Positions 25,911 to 37,592 of a stretch of 64,000 nt of DNA are shown here, one piece after another (within the stretch, counting starts at the first letter, position 1; every line of letters starts with the position of its first letter). Under the pieces are notes generated by a model. It was not told the origin of the DNA. It searched no databases and worked only from the letters and a program-made list of their open reading frames with translations. Position numbers and translations under genes: made by a program. The stretch is from Azolla caroliniana (lineage: Eukaryota > Plantae > Polypodiophyta), in NCBI GenBank assembly GCA_043228905.1, contig JBHGNT010000007.1, positions 558,001 through 622,000 of the forward strand, written 5' to 3'.

Positions 25911-28624
25911 GTGTCATTATATAATTCATCATGATCACAACATGTGTAATTTCATCATACATATTATACATATTGTATTTGCTATCTTAAAATTTACTAG
26001 GCATTAATCATTCCACCTTGCAATTTGATACACATTAACATGCTTTCTATATTTTGTCATAATGTAAATACACCATCTCCATACTACCATACCACGATAT
26101 GCACTCAATCATTACCATATTTTATTTTTGAACATCAATTGATGATAAATTGTGTATCGGTCCGAGGAGCGATGCTTAGTAATGTACATGTTTCACATCC
26201 TCACAACTAATTTTATATATATATATATAATATAGAAAGAATTGGATATGATTGTGTGGAGCAGAAGAGAGGTATGTTATGTGTGTGTGTGTGTGTGTGT
26301 GTGGAAAGAGGAGAAGAGAGAAGAGAAAACACAAGATAGATAGATGAAAGAAAATGAAGTAATCAAGAAGAAGATGTATATTAACAAGGAGAATATGAAA
26401 TACAAAAATGTAGCATTACAAGGAGCAACAACCAACACTATATGAAGTAGGAGGGTGCTTTATATAGTCACTCTCTTCATTAACTCATTACAACACCCAC
26501 TTTCTCTTGGGGGATGTGGAGACTCATTAGTCATGGAAAATATGGAACTCATTAGTTATGTGTCATAGAATATGATTCTATGACACATAGTAATGTGTGG
26601 AGAATAGTGATGTGACTTTTGACCTTTGAGTGCTCATAGATTCTCAAGGGTGTGTTCACACACTAGATTAGGTTAAGCTTGATTCTCAACACGCCCCCTC
26701 AAGCTCAACTTGGGTTGGCTCCTTTCAGTTGATGTTCGCGTCGGTTGGTACTTGGTTCTGTCTTGTACTCCCCCTCAAGCTTGGCAAGTCAGGGATCGTC
26801 AATCCAAGGTCTGAGATGAATTGCCGAAGCTTGTCGGCTCCTAGGGCTTTGGTGAAGATGTCGGTTGTCTGAAGATTTGTGTTGATATGTTGAAGGTCGA
26901 CATCTCCAGCCTGAACGCGTTCTTGAATGAAGTGATAGTGCCCTTCGATATGTTTCGTGTGTGCATGGAACACTAGGTTCTGAGCCAGATAAATATTGTT
27001 CATGTTGTCGTAGTAGAGGGGAGTTGGATCCTTGATGGTAACGCATAGATACATCAAGATTCGCTTCAACCAGACGGCTTCACATGTAGCCACAACTGCG
27101 CCCTTGTATTCAACTTTTGTGCTCGAAAGTGCAACAGTCGGCTGCTTCTTGCCACTCTAGGATATTGCTCCGTTACCTAGGCAGAAAACAAATACGAAGG
27201 TCGATTGCCGATCGACTCTTTAGCCGGCCCAGTTGGCATCTGTGTGGCCGATTTGTAGAGAATGACACAATCCATTGTGCCGCTCGTGTATCATAACACT
27301 CGCTTAACGCAATCCAAGTGAATGTCTCGTGGCTTTTGCATGAATTGGCTCAAGAGGCCGACCGGATATCTCAGGTTGGGTCGAGTGATTGTGAGGTAGA
27401 TGAGGCTCCCGATCAGTTTTCAATACTGAGTCGGCTCACACTCTTTGGTGCTGGAGTCGGCATCCAATTTGAGGTTTCGTTTGAGAGGGGTTGTCACAGA
27501 TTTACACTTAGTCATCCCGAACTTGTATAACAAGTTAAGGATGTAGTGTCGTTGGGAGACCATAATGCCGAGTGGAGACTAAATCACCTTGATGCCAAGG
27601 AAGTAATGCATCTCCTTCATGTCGGAGAGGAGGGACTTGATCTTATTGATATCAAATAGATTTTCTCCTCCAATCACCAGATCATCCACATATAGGATGA
27701 TGACAATAAGGCTTTCAAAATCACTTCTTATGTAGAGGGAGTTGTCGGATTTCGACATTCTAAAGCCGATTTGATGAAGATATTGTCAAAGTTAATATGC
27801 TGAAGCTTTGACAAATTGGTTCATCCGGATAACAACAGAGAATAAAGACATAGGTTTAATGGAAACCTTACAAAACATAGACAGAGAGAGCAGAATAGCA
27901 TGAACTAAATTCAAAATAATAACCCTCTGTACATACAATGTGCTCAGTGAGCACTTTTATATAAGTCCTTAAAAAGGACTGACAAGTACTTCAATGCTCA
28001 TACGAGCGACTGACACTGACTCCTAAAAATATGCCTACATACTAGGCTAGATTCGTAGGCCTCTAACGGCCTACCGGTTATAGTCCGATCCGGCTCCTAG
28101 TTCCGGATACCACCCAAACACCGATCTGGTTCTTCGTTCCGGACTCTGATCCGACTTTGGCTTATTCAGACGATCTGGATCCGTCTATTGATTCAGCTTC
28201 TCCGAATCAAACTCCTCTTCAGAATCAGTTGCCTCCGATTCGTTCCATTCTCCTAATTGGTTGTCTCCAATTCGTCTTCAACCTTCAGGCCCTTCCCCAC
28301 GTCGAACCACGTCTGTGTTTCAGTCTTTCTGTATTTGCCTCCCCCTTTTTTAGTTGGCTCCGACTTGGGCTCTCCTTTTCGGTGGCTCCCCTTGCGTCTA
28401 GTTTCGGCTTTCTGAGCTGAACCGTGCACTCTGACTTCTTCAGTTGGGCCGAGATCAAAATTGGTTTCCGACTCGGCTTTTCGGTCGTCTTTCTGATTCC
28501 TCCTTTCATTCCTCCCCCTCAAGTTCGGCATATCAAGGTATTGCACACCCTCTGCACCAAAAAATTGCTACAACTTCTCTAAGCCGAGGGGCTTGGTGAA
28601 GATATTGGCTATCTACCGATCCGT

Positions 28625-29644
28625 TGTCGTGAAGATTTTCGGCAATAGTGTGAAAATCCCATAAAACGTACGAAATTGAGTATGAATCACATAATACAAT
28701 AATTGTGAAGATAACATTTTAAATAAATTTAATATCTAAGTACAAAATGATGGAGGTTTCGAATGCACTTTATTACACGAGAAACGGACAACTAAATGTC
28801 AAGATATGAGGGTATAAAGTTTGTGAAAGGAAAAGAGAAAATTGTGAGATATCCCACATAGGCACGACAAATACGGCTCTCATCATATATAAGGTAGAGC
28901 AAAAGATATTATCTTTGTGTCTATGTGTGGAGCATAGAGAGTTCAAGGTAACTTGAACTCAGAGTGGAGGTGGGCTAGCTACTGGTAAAGGGTTTTGGTC
29001 AACCAAAACCGGACCGGCGATGGAGCCGGTGATTCGGCAGCATCCGACGGCAAACCGGTATCCGGCGGTGAGACAACGGCATCCGGCGTCTGGCAACTAC
29101 ATATATATAAATATATATACATATTTACATATACAAGGAGGGCAAGTAAGGATTCGAACCTTGCACCTCCAAGTTAGGAGTGAATTGGCTTACCATTAAG
29201 CCATGCTATTTAGTTGAAGTTATATTTCTATCATTGTAGTTTTACATGTAAATTCTCATACATGAGAGCTAAAATGAGTGACATGGTTATCATGCACCAC
29301 ATGTAATACATAAGCGCCAAATAGCAAACATGCAATTTATGCATGAGAGCGTCTATAAAAGAAGGAAGGGGGAGAAGAAAAAAAAAAACACGTTTTTTTT
29401 ATGAAAATTAAGAGGAAGAAATTCGTTATCAAATTGATCGTGTAACTTGTTTCTTAAATCTAAAGTTAAAAGTTCAATCAATCTCTCTCAATCGTGTAAT
29501 CTCAACTTCTCTCTTTCCCAATCTATCTTAAGTACTTTCTCAGTAAAGCTTGCGCGAAAGCTTGTACCGACTTTGAATCCTTCCGGTCTAGAACCCCGGC
29601 GGTTCCGCCTCACGATCCGCGCGTAGTGACGGATCTTCACGACA
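28625..29644 (+). mobile_element. Gypsy-related solo LTR with 12-bp terminal inverted repeats and a 4-bp TSD (ccgt)
   Basis: tgtcgtgaagat...atcttcacgaca is flanked by ccgt on both sides and interrupts the Copia B RNase H. Related to the LTRs at 15379 and 47497. Confidence 0.85.
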
Positions 29645-30107
29645 CCGTCGAAACATGTAGTAGTTCCACTTCACCGGAGAGAAGGCGCTCACAGAAAAAA
29701 TGGTAGTGCACCTCAATGTGCTTTGTCCAGGCATGAAAGACGGGGTTCTTACGCAACTTGATGCTATTGAGGTTGTCACAGTAGATCCCAACGGGATGGA
29801 ACACCTCCACATGCAGATCCTTGAGTAGCCTTTTTAGCCGCTCCTCGATACTCGGCCTCGGTGCTCGACAGTGGTATTGTCGGCCGCTTTTTATTGCTCC
29901 TAGCAATCGTGACGCTTCCATGTGAGAATGCATATCCAGATGTAGACTTGCAGTCGCCAACATATCCGGCCCAATCAGCATCCGTATAGTCGACAAGTTG
30001 TTTGACTACACCGACCCGATATAGCAACCCCCGGTCCTTAACTTGCCACTAACATATCTCAGGATTCAGTGGGCGCACTGAAGGTGCTCCACGGTCGGAT
30101 GCGCCAT

Positions 30108-31100
30108 AAATTGGCTGATCAATCCGACCGGATAGTTGAGGTTTTGTCGGGTGATGGTTAGATATATAAGGCTTCCAACTATTTGCTGGTACCTTTTCGG
30201 GTCGCATGTCGTTCTGGAGTCGGGGCGAAGCTTCACATTCCAGGCCAGAGGAGTCAAGACAGATTTGCATTCTGTCATACCAAATTTGAAGAGCATACTC
30301 AACACATTGTGGCGTTGATTGATCGGTATGCCTTCCAAGGTGCGGATCACTTCGATGCTGAGGAAGTAATGGCGGTCCGCGAGATCCTTCATTTCAAACA
30401 ATGCTGCGAGTTCGGACCATGGTTGTTTACGTACCCGTATTTAACGTTTAAATACGTATATCATTTGTATAGTACGTATTATACCTCAATGTTGTTCAGT
30501 CAAATATCACGTACATTTGTCCAATACGGTATTTAACGTATTTATAAAAAAACAGGTATAATACGTATTTATAAAGAAAATGTAAGTAAAACCCTAACAA
30601 ATTGGCTGATCAATCCGACCGGATAGTTGAGGTTTTGTCGGGTGATGGTTAGATATATAAGGCTTCCAACTATTTGCTAGAACCTTTTCGGGTCGCATGC
30701 CGTTCTGGAGTCGGGGCGAAGCTTCACATTCCAGGCTAGAGGAGTCAAGACGGATTTGCATTCTGTCATACCAAATTTGAAGAGCATACTCAACACATTG
30801 TGGCGTTGATTGATCGGTATGCCTTCCAAGGTGCGGATCACTTCGATGCTGAGGAAGTAATGGCGGTCCGCGAGATCCTTCATTTCAAACAATGCTGCGA
30901 GTTCGGACCATGGTTGTTTACGTACCCGTATTTAACGTTTAAATACGTATAGTACCTCATCATTTGTATAGTACGTATTATACCTCAATGTTGTTCAGTC
31001 AAATATCACGTACATTTGTCCAATACGGTATTTAACGTATTTATAAAAAAACAGGTATAATACGTATTTATAAAGAAAATGTAAGTAAAACCCTAACAAA
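30108..31100. repeat. ~490-bp tandem duplication spanning Copia RT and the left end of the MITE
   Basis: aattggctgatcaatccg...aaccctaacaa occurs twice with a few substitutions and one indel. Confidence 0.9.
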
Positions 31101-31729
31101 AAGCAAAAGAAAAAAAAGATTTTAGTGAAAAGGAAGCCAAAGGAAAGAAGAAAGAAGAATAGAAGAGACAACGATGAAGAAGAAGAAGAAGAAGAGAGAA
31201 AAGAAGACATAAACCTATCTTGAGTGTGATAATCGCAGTAGATAGAAGAAGAAGAAGAAGAAAATGAAGAAAAGAGAAACCTATCATGAGTGTGATAATC
31301 GTAAACGATTCCTCAATCTATGAAGGCATAATTGTAAATAATTACAATTTGAAGTAGAACATTGTGATACACACTTACACTAATTTATAGAATAAGGGAA
31401 TGTCGACATCCATATTACTACAAGTATTTTAGTATGTGAAATGTTCAAATGTCTTATATGCATTTTAGGATGTAGAACTATATTGTACATCACAAAATTG
31501 TGTAAACATAGATGTTTTTTACAATATTATAGATATTTTTTAGAAAGGTAAATAATTTTCAAATTCTAGAAGTATTTAACGTACTATACGTAAAATACGT
31601 ATTTAACATATTATATAAGTATTTAACATATTAAGAAAACGTATTTAACGTATTTTTAAATTGGGAGGTACTATATAGGTATTAATACGTTAAATACGTA
31701 TGGTATCCGTACCGTACCTAACAACCTTG
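30909..31729. mobile_element. Non-autonomous hAT-type element (MITE) with 8-bp TSD gttcggac
   Basis: TIR catggttgtt...aacaaccttg. The TSD is at 30901-30908 and 31730-31737. Subterminal cgtatttaacgt repeats are present. Confidence 0.85.
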
Positions 31730-34693
31730 GTTCGGACTTGACGCGGTCGATTTCATCCAGGTCAGTGCCGGTGATGGCTAAATCATCAACATAAAGTAAA
31801 ATACTAACTGGCCCGTTCCGACCTTGCCAGATGAAGAGTGAAGAATCCGACTTTGACATGGCAAACCTCATCCGACACAGTTGTTGTGTGATCTTCGCGT
31901 TCCAGGCACGTGGGGCTTGCTTTAGTCCGTAACGGAACTTCTTCAGTCGGCAAACGACCAATGTGTTCATTCTGGACTGAAATCCGGGGGGTTGAACCAT
32001 GTATACTTGTTCCTCTAGATCACCTTGCAAGAACACATTTTTCATATCCATTTGATGTATATGCCATCCCTTCGCCGCTGCCACCGCAAGCAACACACGG
32101 ACGGTCGTGATCTTCGCGACCGGCGCCAATCTGTCATCATAGTTGATGTCGTGCTGTTGTGCGTAGCCCTTGGCCATTAATCGGGCCTTGTACCTGTTGA
32201 TGGAGATGTCGGTGTTGTATTTAACCTTGTATACGCATCAACAACCAATCGGCTTCACTCCTTTCGGTACGTCAACTAAATCCCACGTCTCATTTTCCAT
32301 GAGTGCGTGCATCTCTTCCTCCATAGCGGCACGCCAATTTGCGTCCTTTGCCGCTTCTATGTAGCTCTCTGGCTCACGCACTGTTGCCACCTCTAGAATC
32401 AGGTTGGAGTCGGTGGTCAGAGTTGGTAAAGAGTACCATGATGCCGACTCGTCAAATTCGACATCTCGGCTTACTCGTACTTTCTTAGTCCGGGGGTTGT
32501 AGCACTTATACCCCTTCTGCTCATGTGAGTAGCCAACCAAAATGCACTTCTCCGACTTTGGGTCCAACTTCCTCCACTTCTCATCCAGCACATGCACATA
32601 GGCAATGCTATCGAATATCCTAAGGTGCCTTAAACTCAACTTCCGCCCGAAATATAGCTTGTGTGCTAACACCATCTCCCCGATCTGGTTTTTGTCCGAA
32701 CCGCTTTGACCCAGTAGAACTTACACATGTCCTTCTCCTCCAACACTGCTCGTGCCGCCTCGACAATCGACCCGCTTTTTCTTTTGGCCACACCGTTTTG
32801 TTCCGGTGTGCATCTGCAACTTAATTCTCTCCGAATTCCCTTTTGTTGTAGATAATTGTTGCATTGGCCAGAAAAGTATTCTTTTCTACCATCCGACTAC
32901 AGGCACTTGTTTTTCCTTTCCATTTCCCGTTTGACTAATCTCTGCAAGTTCAAGAAACATTCGAGGACTTTGTTTTTCTTCTCGATGAGGTAGATCCACC
33001 TATGCCGGTTGTAGTCGTTGATGAAGGAGACGAAATATCGGCTCCCGCCAATACTAGCGTTTAGGACCAATCCTCATAGTACATCTGAATGTATTAGATC
33101 GAACTTGTTACGACTCTGGTTTCTTTCGGTGGGGAACGGAAACCGGTGTTGCTTCCCAAGCTGGCAGGCTTCACAAATTTAGGCCTCGCGTCCACTAAAT
33201 TTTGGCAATCCGAAAACAACCTGTTTTGATTGCAGGTCTTGAAGCCTTTGATAGTTGACATGGCTGATCCACTTGTGCCACAGGTCGATATCCGATTCGA
33301 CCTTCTGTCCTTTTGCGAACGTAGTGGTGCCGACGTCGTTGGTGTCGAGGATAAACATCCCCACGTGGTGGCGCCCTTGCACAATTATCCGGCCTTCTTC
33401 CTTGATGAAGCACCCGAGGTGCGTAAACCGCACCTGCATCCCTTGGTCAACGATCTGTCTGACCGACACCAGGTTCTTTGTGACTGTCGGGACATGAACC
33501 ATGTTCATAAGCTTCCCCTTTTGTCTGACATGACTCGGGGGAACTTCTCCAACATGCACGATAGGGTGACGAGTATCGTCTCCGATCTCGACAACTCCCC
33601 GTTGCTTCGGCTTCTCCAGAAACGAGAACCACACTTTGTGCTCATCATGTCGTTAGACACTCCGGAGTCAATGTAACATACTTCCTCTGATCCATAGTGG
33701 TCTTCTTCATCGAGTTCGCCTTGTGTTTCATCACAAAGGCTAGCCCTTTTCCGGTCTTATAGGTTCCAAATACTTCTGATCCCTCAGCGTAGTGCGAGCT
33801 TTGTCGATTCCCTTGTCTGGCCTTTCCGGATCCAGATCTATCCAAATCGGATCTCTTCTTCTAGCACTCGTACTCTCGGTGGCCCTTCTTACCACAATAC
33901 CAACATTTTGTTTCAGTCTTTGATTGCCAGTTTCCGGTGTCGCTTTGACTCCCCCTGCTTGTGGAGGGCCCGGAATTGCTGTCGGCACTATCTCTGTGCC
34001 TCTGATTCTGCTCTTGTTGGTCACCTGCATTGCGTGCCAACCCACCTCGTCCTCAATGCCCACGGGGCTGATCCGCCTCTATGTACAACATTCGGCTATC
34101 TGGTTGAGTGATCCTTGACCCACTCGTGTGGTTTTCTTTGACCATGAGCCTCGATTGCAAGTCGAAGGAGGGTGACTTCTCTCGGGTGAAAATTGCCATC
34201 TGGATTGGCTTGTACCAGTGTGCTAGACCATCGAGGCATATTTGGACCATCTCATACTCGTCCACCATCACGTTGATGGACCCGAGCGCGTTGCAGATCT
34301 CCTTGAGCTTGGTGGTGTGGTCAGTGACTGACATGTCCCGTTGTCAGATACTATTGAGCTCTTGTCGGAGCTACAACTTCCGAGCCGTGGTCCTTACGGT
34401 GAAAATCTTCCGGAGATTTTCCTAGGCCTCCTTCGGTGATTTTGCATCTTTGATGTGGCCAAGCATCTGGTCGTGCACAGAGCGGAGATTTTCCTAGGCC
34501 TGCTTCGGTGATTTTGCATATTTGATGTGGCCAAGCATCTTTGATGGCAATTGGTATGTATCATGTCTTTTGTTTTAAAATCACATATTGTTTTTCCCAT
34601 GATGACAGAATATTATGGAAGAATGCAACCATTTCTTCAGTTGTGTGTTTAATGGCACATATATATGTATATGTATGTATGTATGTATGTATG

Positions 34694-34731
<38 letters not shown>

Positions 34732-34834
34732 TGCACACATACGTATGTCTATGGGAATAAATATCATATATATACGTGCGTGTGTATATGCGCATGTTAT
34801 TTGCTTTTGTCTAATATATGTGTTCATATTCTAG

Positions 34835-35704
34835 ATGGAGTGGTACCCAGGGCAAAAATGAATCAATAGCAATCAAGGTGATTTCGTGCAGCCAAAGATG
34901 TTGCTGATGCTGTGAGCTTTTGATTTAATTCTTTTAATGATCTTCACATTTTGCTATTTCTAATGAGAGCATAAAGATAACGTGTCCACATTGTGATTTT
35001 GAACATACTATCTAGTCTGTTTATATTCTTCCTTTTTGCAGTGCTTTAGAATCTTTCAAGTTCCTACTTCATTGCTAGATTGCTTACACTAAATTCAAAT
35101 TATGAATGTATTTAGCCATGCCTTTTACTTTATGCATATGTAAGTAGTTTCAGTGATAGATCGTTGGCTTGGCCATTGGATAGTTGTTGGCTGAGCTAGT
35201 TGTATGACATGTGTATATGATGCTCAAGATAAGATTGCATATGCTTCGGTCAAGTAATACTCATGAAGTCTACCAAACTTGTAGTTGCCATTTGTGCTTA
35301 TTTTATAAGAAAACCGGAAATATATAACTTAAATTACAGATAATTTGGGCATGTTCAATAACCCTTGTGAGTAATTACCTAAACCAACTGATAATACAAT
35401 GCTTCTGTCTTTTGGGTTAGTTTTAGATATGTTGAAGGCATAGTTGAAATGATTAGTGGGAAAGTATTAATGCAAGCATAGTGTAATTTGCTAATGGGAA
35501 AGTTTTAATTTAAGGTTGTCGAAGAAGAAAAGTTGCGCAAGGAATATGAAGCAGTTGGAAGGGTTTTACCTCCTCAGCAAATCAGAGGCATATGATTCAA
35601 ATGTAATTACACCAGGAACAACTTTCATGGACAGTTTGGCAGTAGCTCTTCATTATTATATTCATCTTTGGCCGAATCATGATCCAAGGTGGAAAAACAT
35701 CAAA
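34835..35704 (+). pseudogene. XRN: XRN-family 5'-3' exoribonuclease (XRN2/3/4-type) gene fragment; exons 34835-34911 and 35515-35704
   Basis: Exon 1 reads (D)GVVPRAKMNQ*QSR*FRAAKDVADA. Exon 2 reads EEEKLRKEYE..(frameshift)..DSNVITPGTTFMDSLAVALHYYIHL..NHDPRWKNIK. AG/GT borders are intact. Confidence 0.9.
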
Positions 35705-37592
35705 GTATGAACTTTTCTTATTTTAGTGTCGATATTTTTAAGGTTTATGGTAATTTATGAATATGAGAATACGTGGATGGATATCAACGAGGCAGTACAA
35801 CACTCTGCTCGCTCCTTGCTCCCATATCGGGAAATCCTTGTGTGCCGAATTCGGCGTTGCTTCATTAGCTCCTTCCACGTAGCTCCAGTACCCATGCCCC
35901 AGCAGGTACTGGTGCATTTTATACGACCAGGACTCATAGTTGCTCCGGTCGAGCTTTTTTGTTGGAAGCGAGCTCGCCATGCTTCTGTCCAGACCTTCCT
36001 TCCTGTCCCTTACCGGGTGTTAGGGTTTGTTTATGAGGGCCATTCGTCGGAAGCAGAGGTTCTCAACCATCGCACTCTCATACCATGTCAAAGTTAATAT
36101 GCGGAAGCTTTGACAAATTGGTTCATCCAGATAACAACAGAGAAAAAAGACACAAGTTTATTGGAAACCTTACAAAACACAAATAGAGAGTGGGAGAGAC
36201 AAAGAGAGCAGAATAACATGAACTAAATTCAAAATAATAACCCTCTGTATATACAATGTGCTCAGTCAACACTTTTATACAAGTTCTTAAAAAGGACTAG
36301 CAGAAGTACTGACAAGTACTTCAATGCTCATACGAGAGACTAACACTGACTCCTAAAACTATGCCTACGTACTAGGCTAGATTCGTAGGCCTCTAATGGC
36401 CTATCGGTTACAGTCCGATCCGGCTCCTGGTTCTGGATAGCACCCGGACACCGATCCGGTTCTTCGTTCCAATTATTCAGCCGATCCGGATCCGGATCCG
36501 GTTGAGCTTGTCCGCTCAACAAATATTGTGTTATCTTCTAATGCCAAGCACGCGATGCTTGCTTAAGGCCATAGAATGGCTTCTTGAGTAGGCAAATTGT
36601 TTTTGGACGGTTGTTGGATTCGAAGCCGGGTGGTTGTACCATGTACACCTCTTCTAATTCGCCTTGAAGAAAGGTGTTCTTGACATCCATCTAATGGAGG
36701 TGCCACCCTTTCGCTACTGCAAGTGCAATCACGGTCCGCACAATCGTCACCTTTGCCACCGGGGGAAAGGTCCCTTCATAATTGACTCCATGTGTTTGTG
36801 CATAGCCTTTTGCTACAAGTTGAGCTTTGTAGCGGTTGACGGAGCCTTCGGCATTATACTTCACTTTGTATATCCATCTGCAACCAATTGCCTACTTCTG
36901 ATGTGAGTGGGGAACGAAATCCCATGTCTTGTTCTTGCATAGTGCATGCATCTCCTCGTTCATTGCTTCGACCCATCGTGGATCCTTGGTTGCTTTAGAA
37001 AAACTTTCCAGTTCTCGAATTGCTGCCACCTTCATCATAAAGGCATAGTGGTATGCCATATTGTCACTGTGGCCGAATCTTCTAACCAGACGCTATTCTT
37101 GGGTTGAGAGTAAGAGTTTTTCATTTGCCAATTTGAGTGCTTTCTTAACTATGGATGACCTCATGATGGATACATCAAAGCCACCGAACTCATTGTTGAG
37201 TGAGTGAGTCGATTCGTTGTTGTCGAATTGATCGTCTTCATATTTTGGCATTTTGGCCTTGCCTTTGTCTATCTTCAGACTTGGCCGAGATGTGCTCTGG
37301 TCGCTCCAGGGCTCTTGTGGCCCATTGAGCCTGGCCATGATTGGAATTTCTTTGAACATATGCTTCAACTGATCTTCGTCTTCTATCTTTTGGTTGACCA
37401 TGTTCGGGTCAACTGGAAATGATTCGAGAGGAGTCGGATGAGCTTCGTACCATGATGCCGATTTGTCAAAGATGACGACTCGATTTACACGAAACTTCCA
37501 AGAAGATGGCTTGAAACATTTGTACCCCTTTTGCCCCAATGAGTATCCTATGAGAATACACTTCTCTAACTTGGGATCTAGCTTTTGCCGCT

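Larger units (their letters stand above)
27784..36521 (-). mobile_element. Copia element 'B' nested in A. LTRs 27784-~28150 and 36087-36521; TSD gatat/aatat
   Basis: Paired LTRs begin tgtcaaagttaatatgc. A PBS-like tggtatgagagt lies at 36075-36086. Gag begins MASSLPTKKLDRSNY. Degenerate PR, INT, RT (LLYVDD) and RH (YTDADWAG) follow. Confidence 0.9.

Noticed and set aside
28253-28546. Extra or env-like ORF downstream of RNase H in Copia B
   Set aside because: Short, low-complexity and charged, with no TM segment or recognisable domain. It is simply the RH frame continuing into the 3' UTR.
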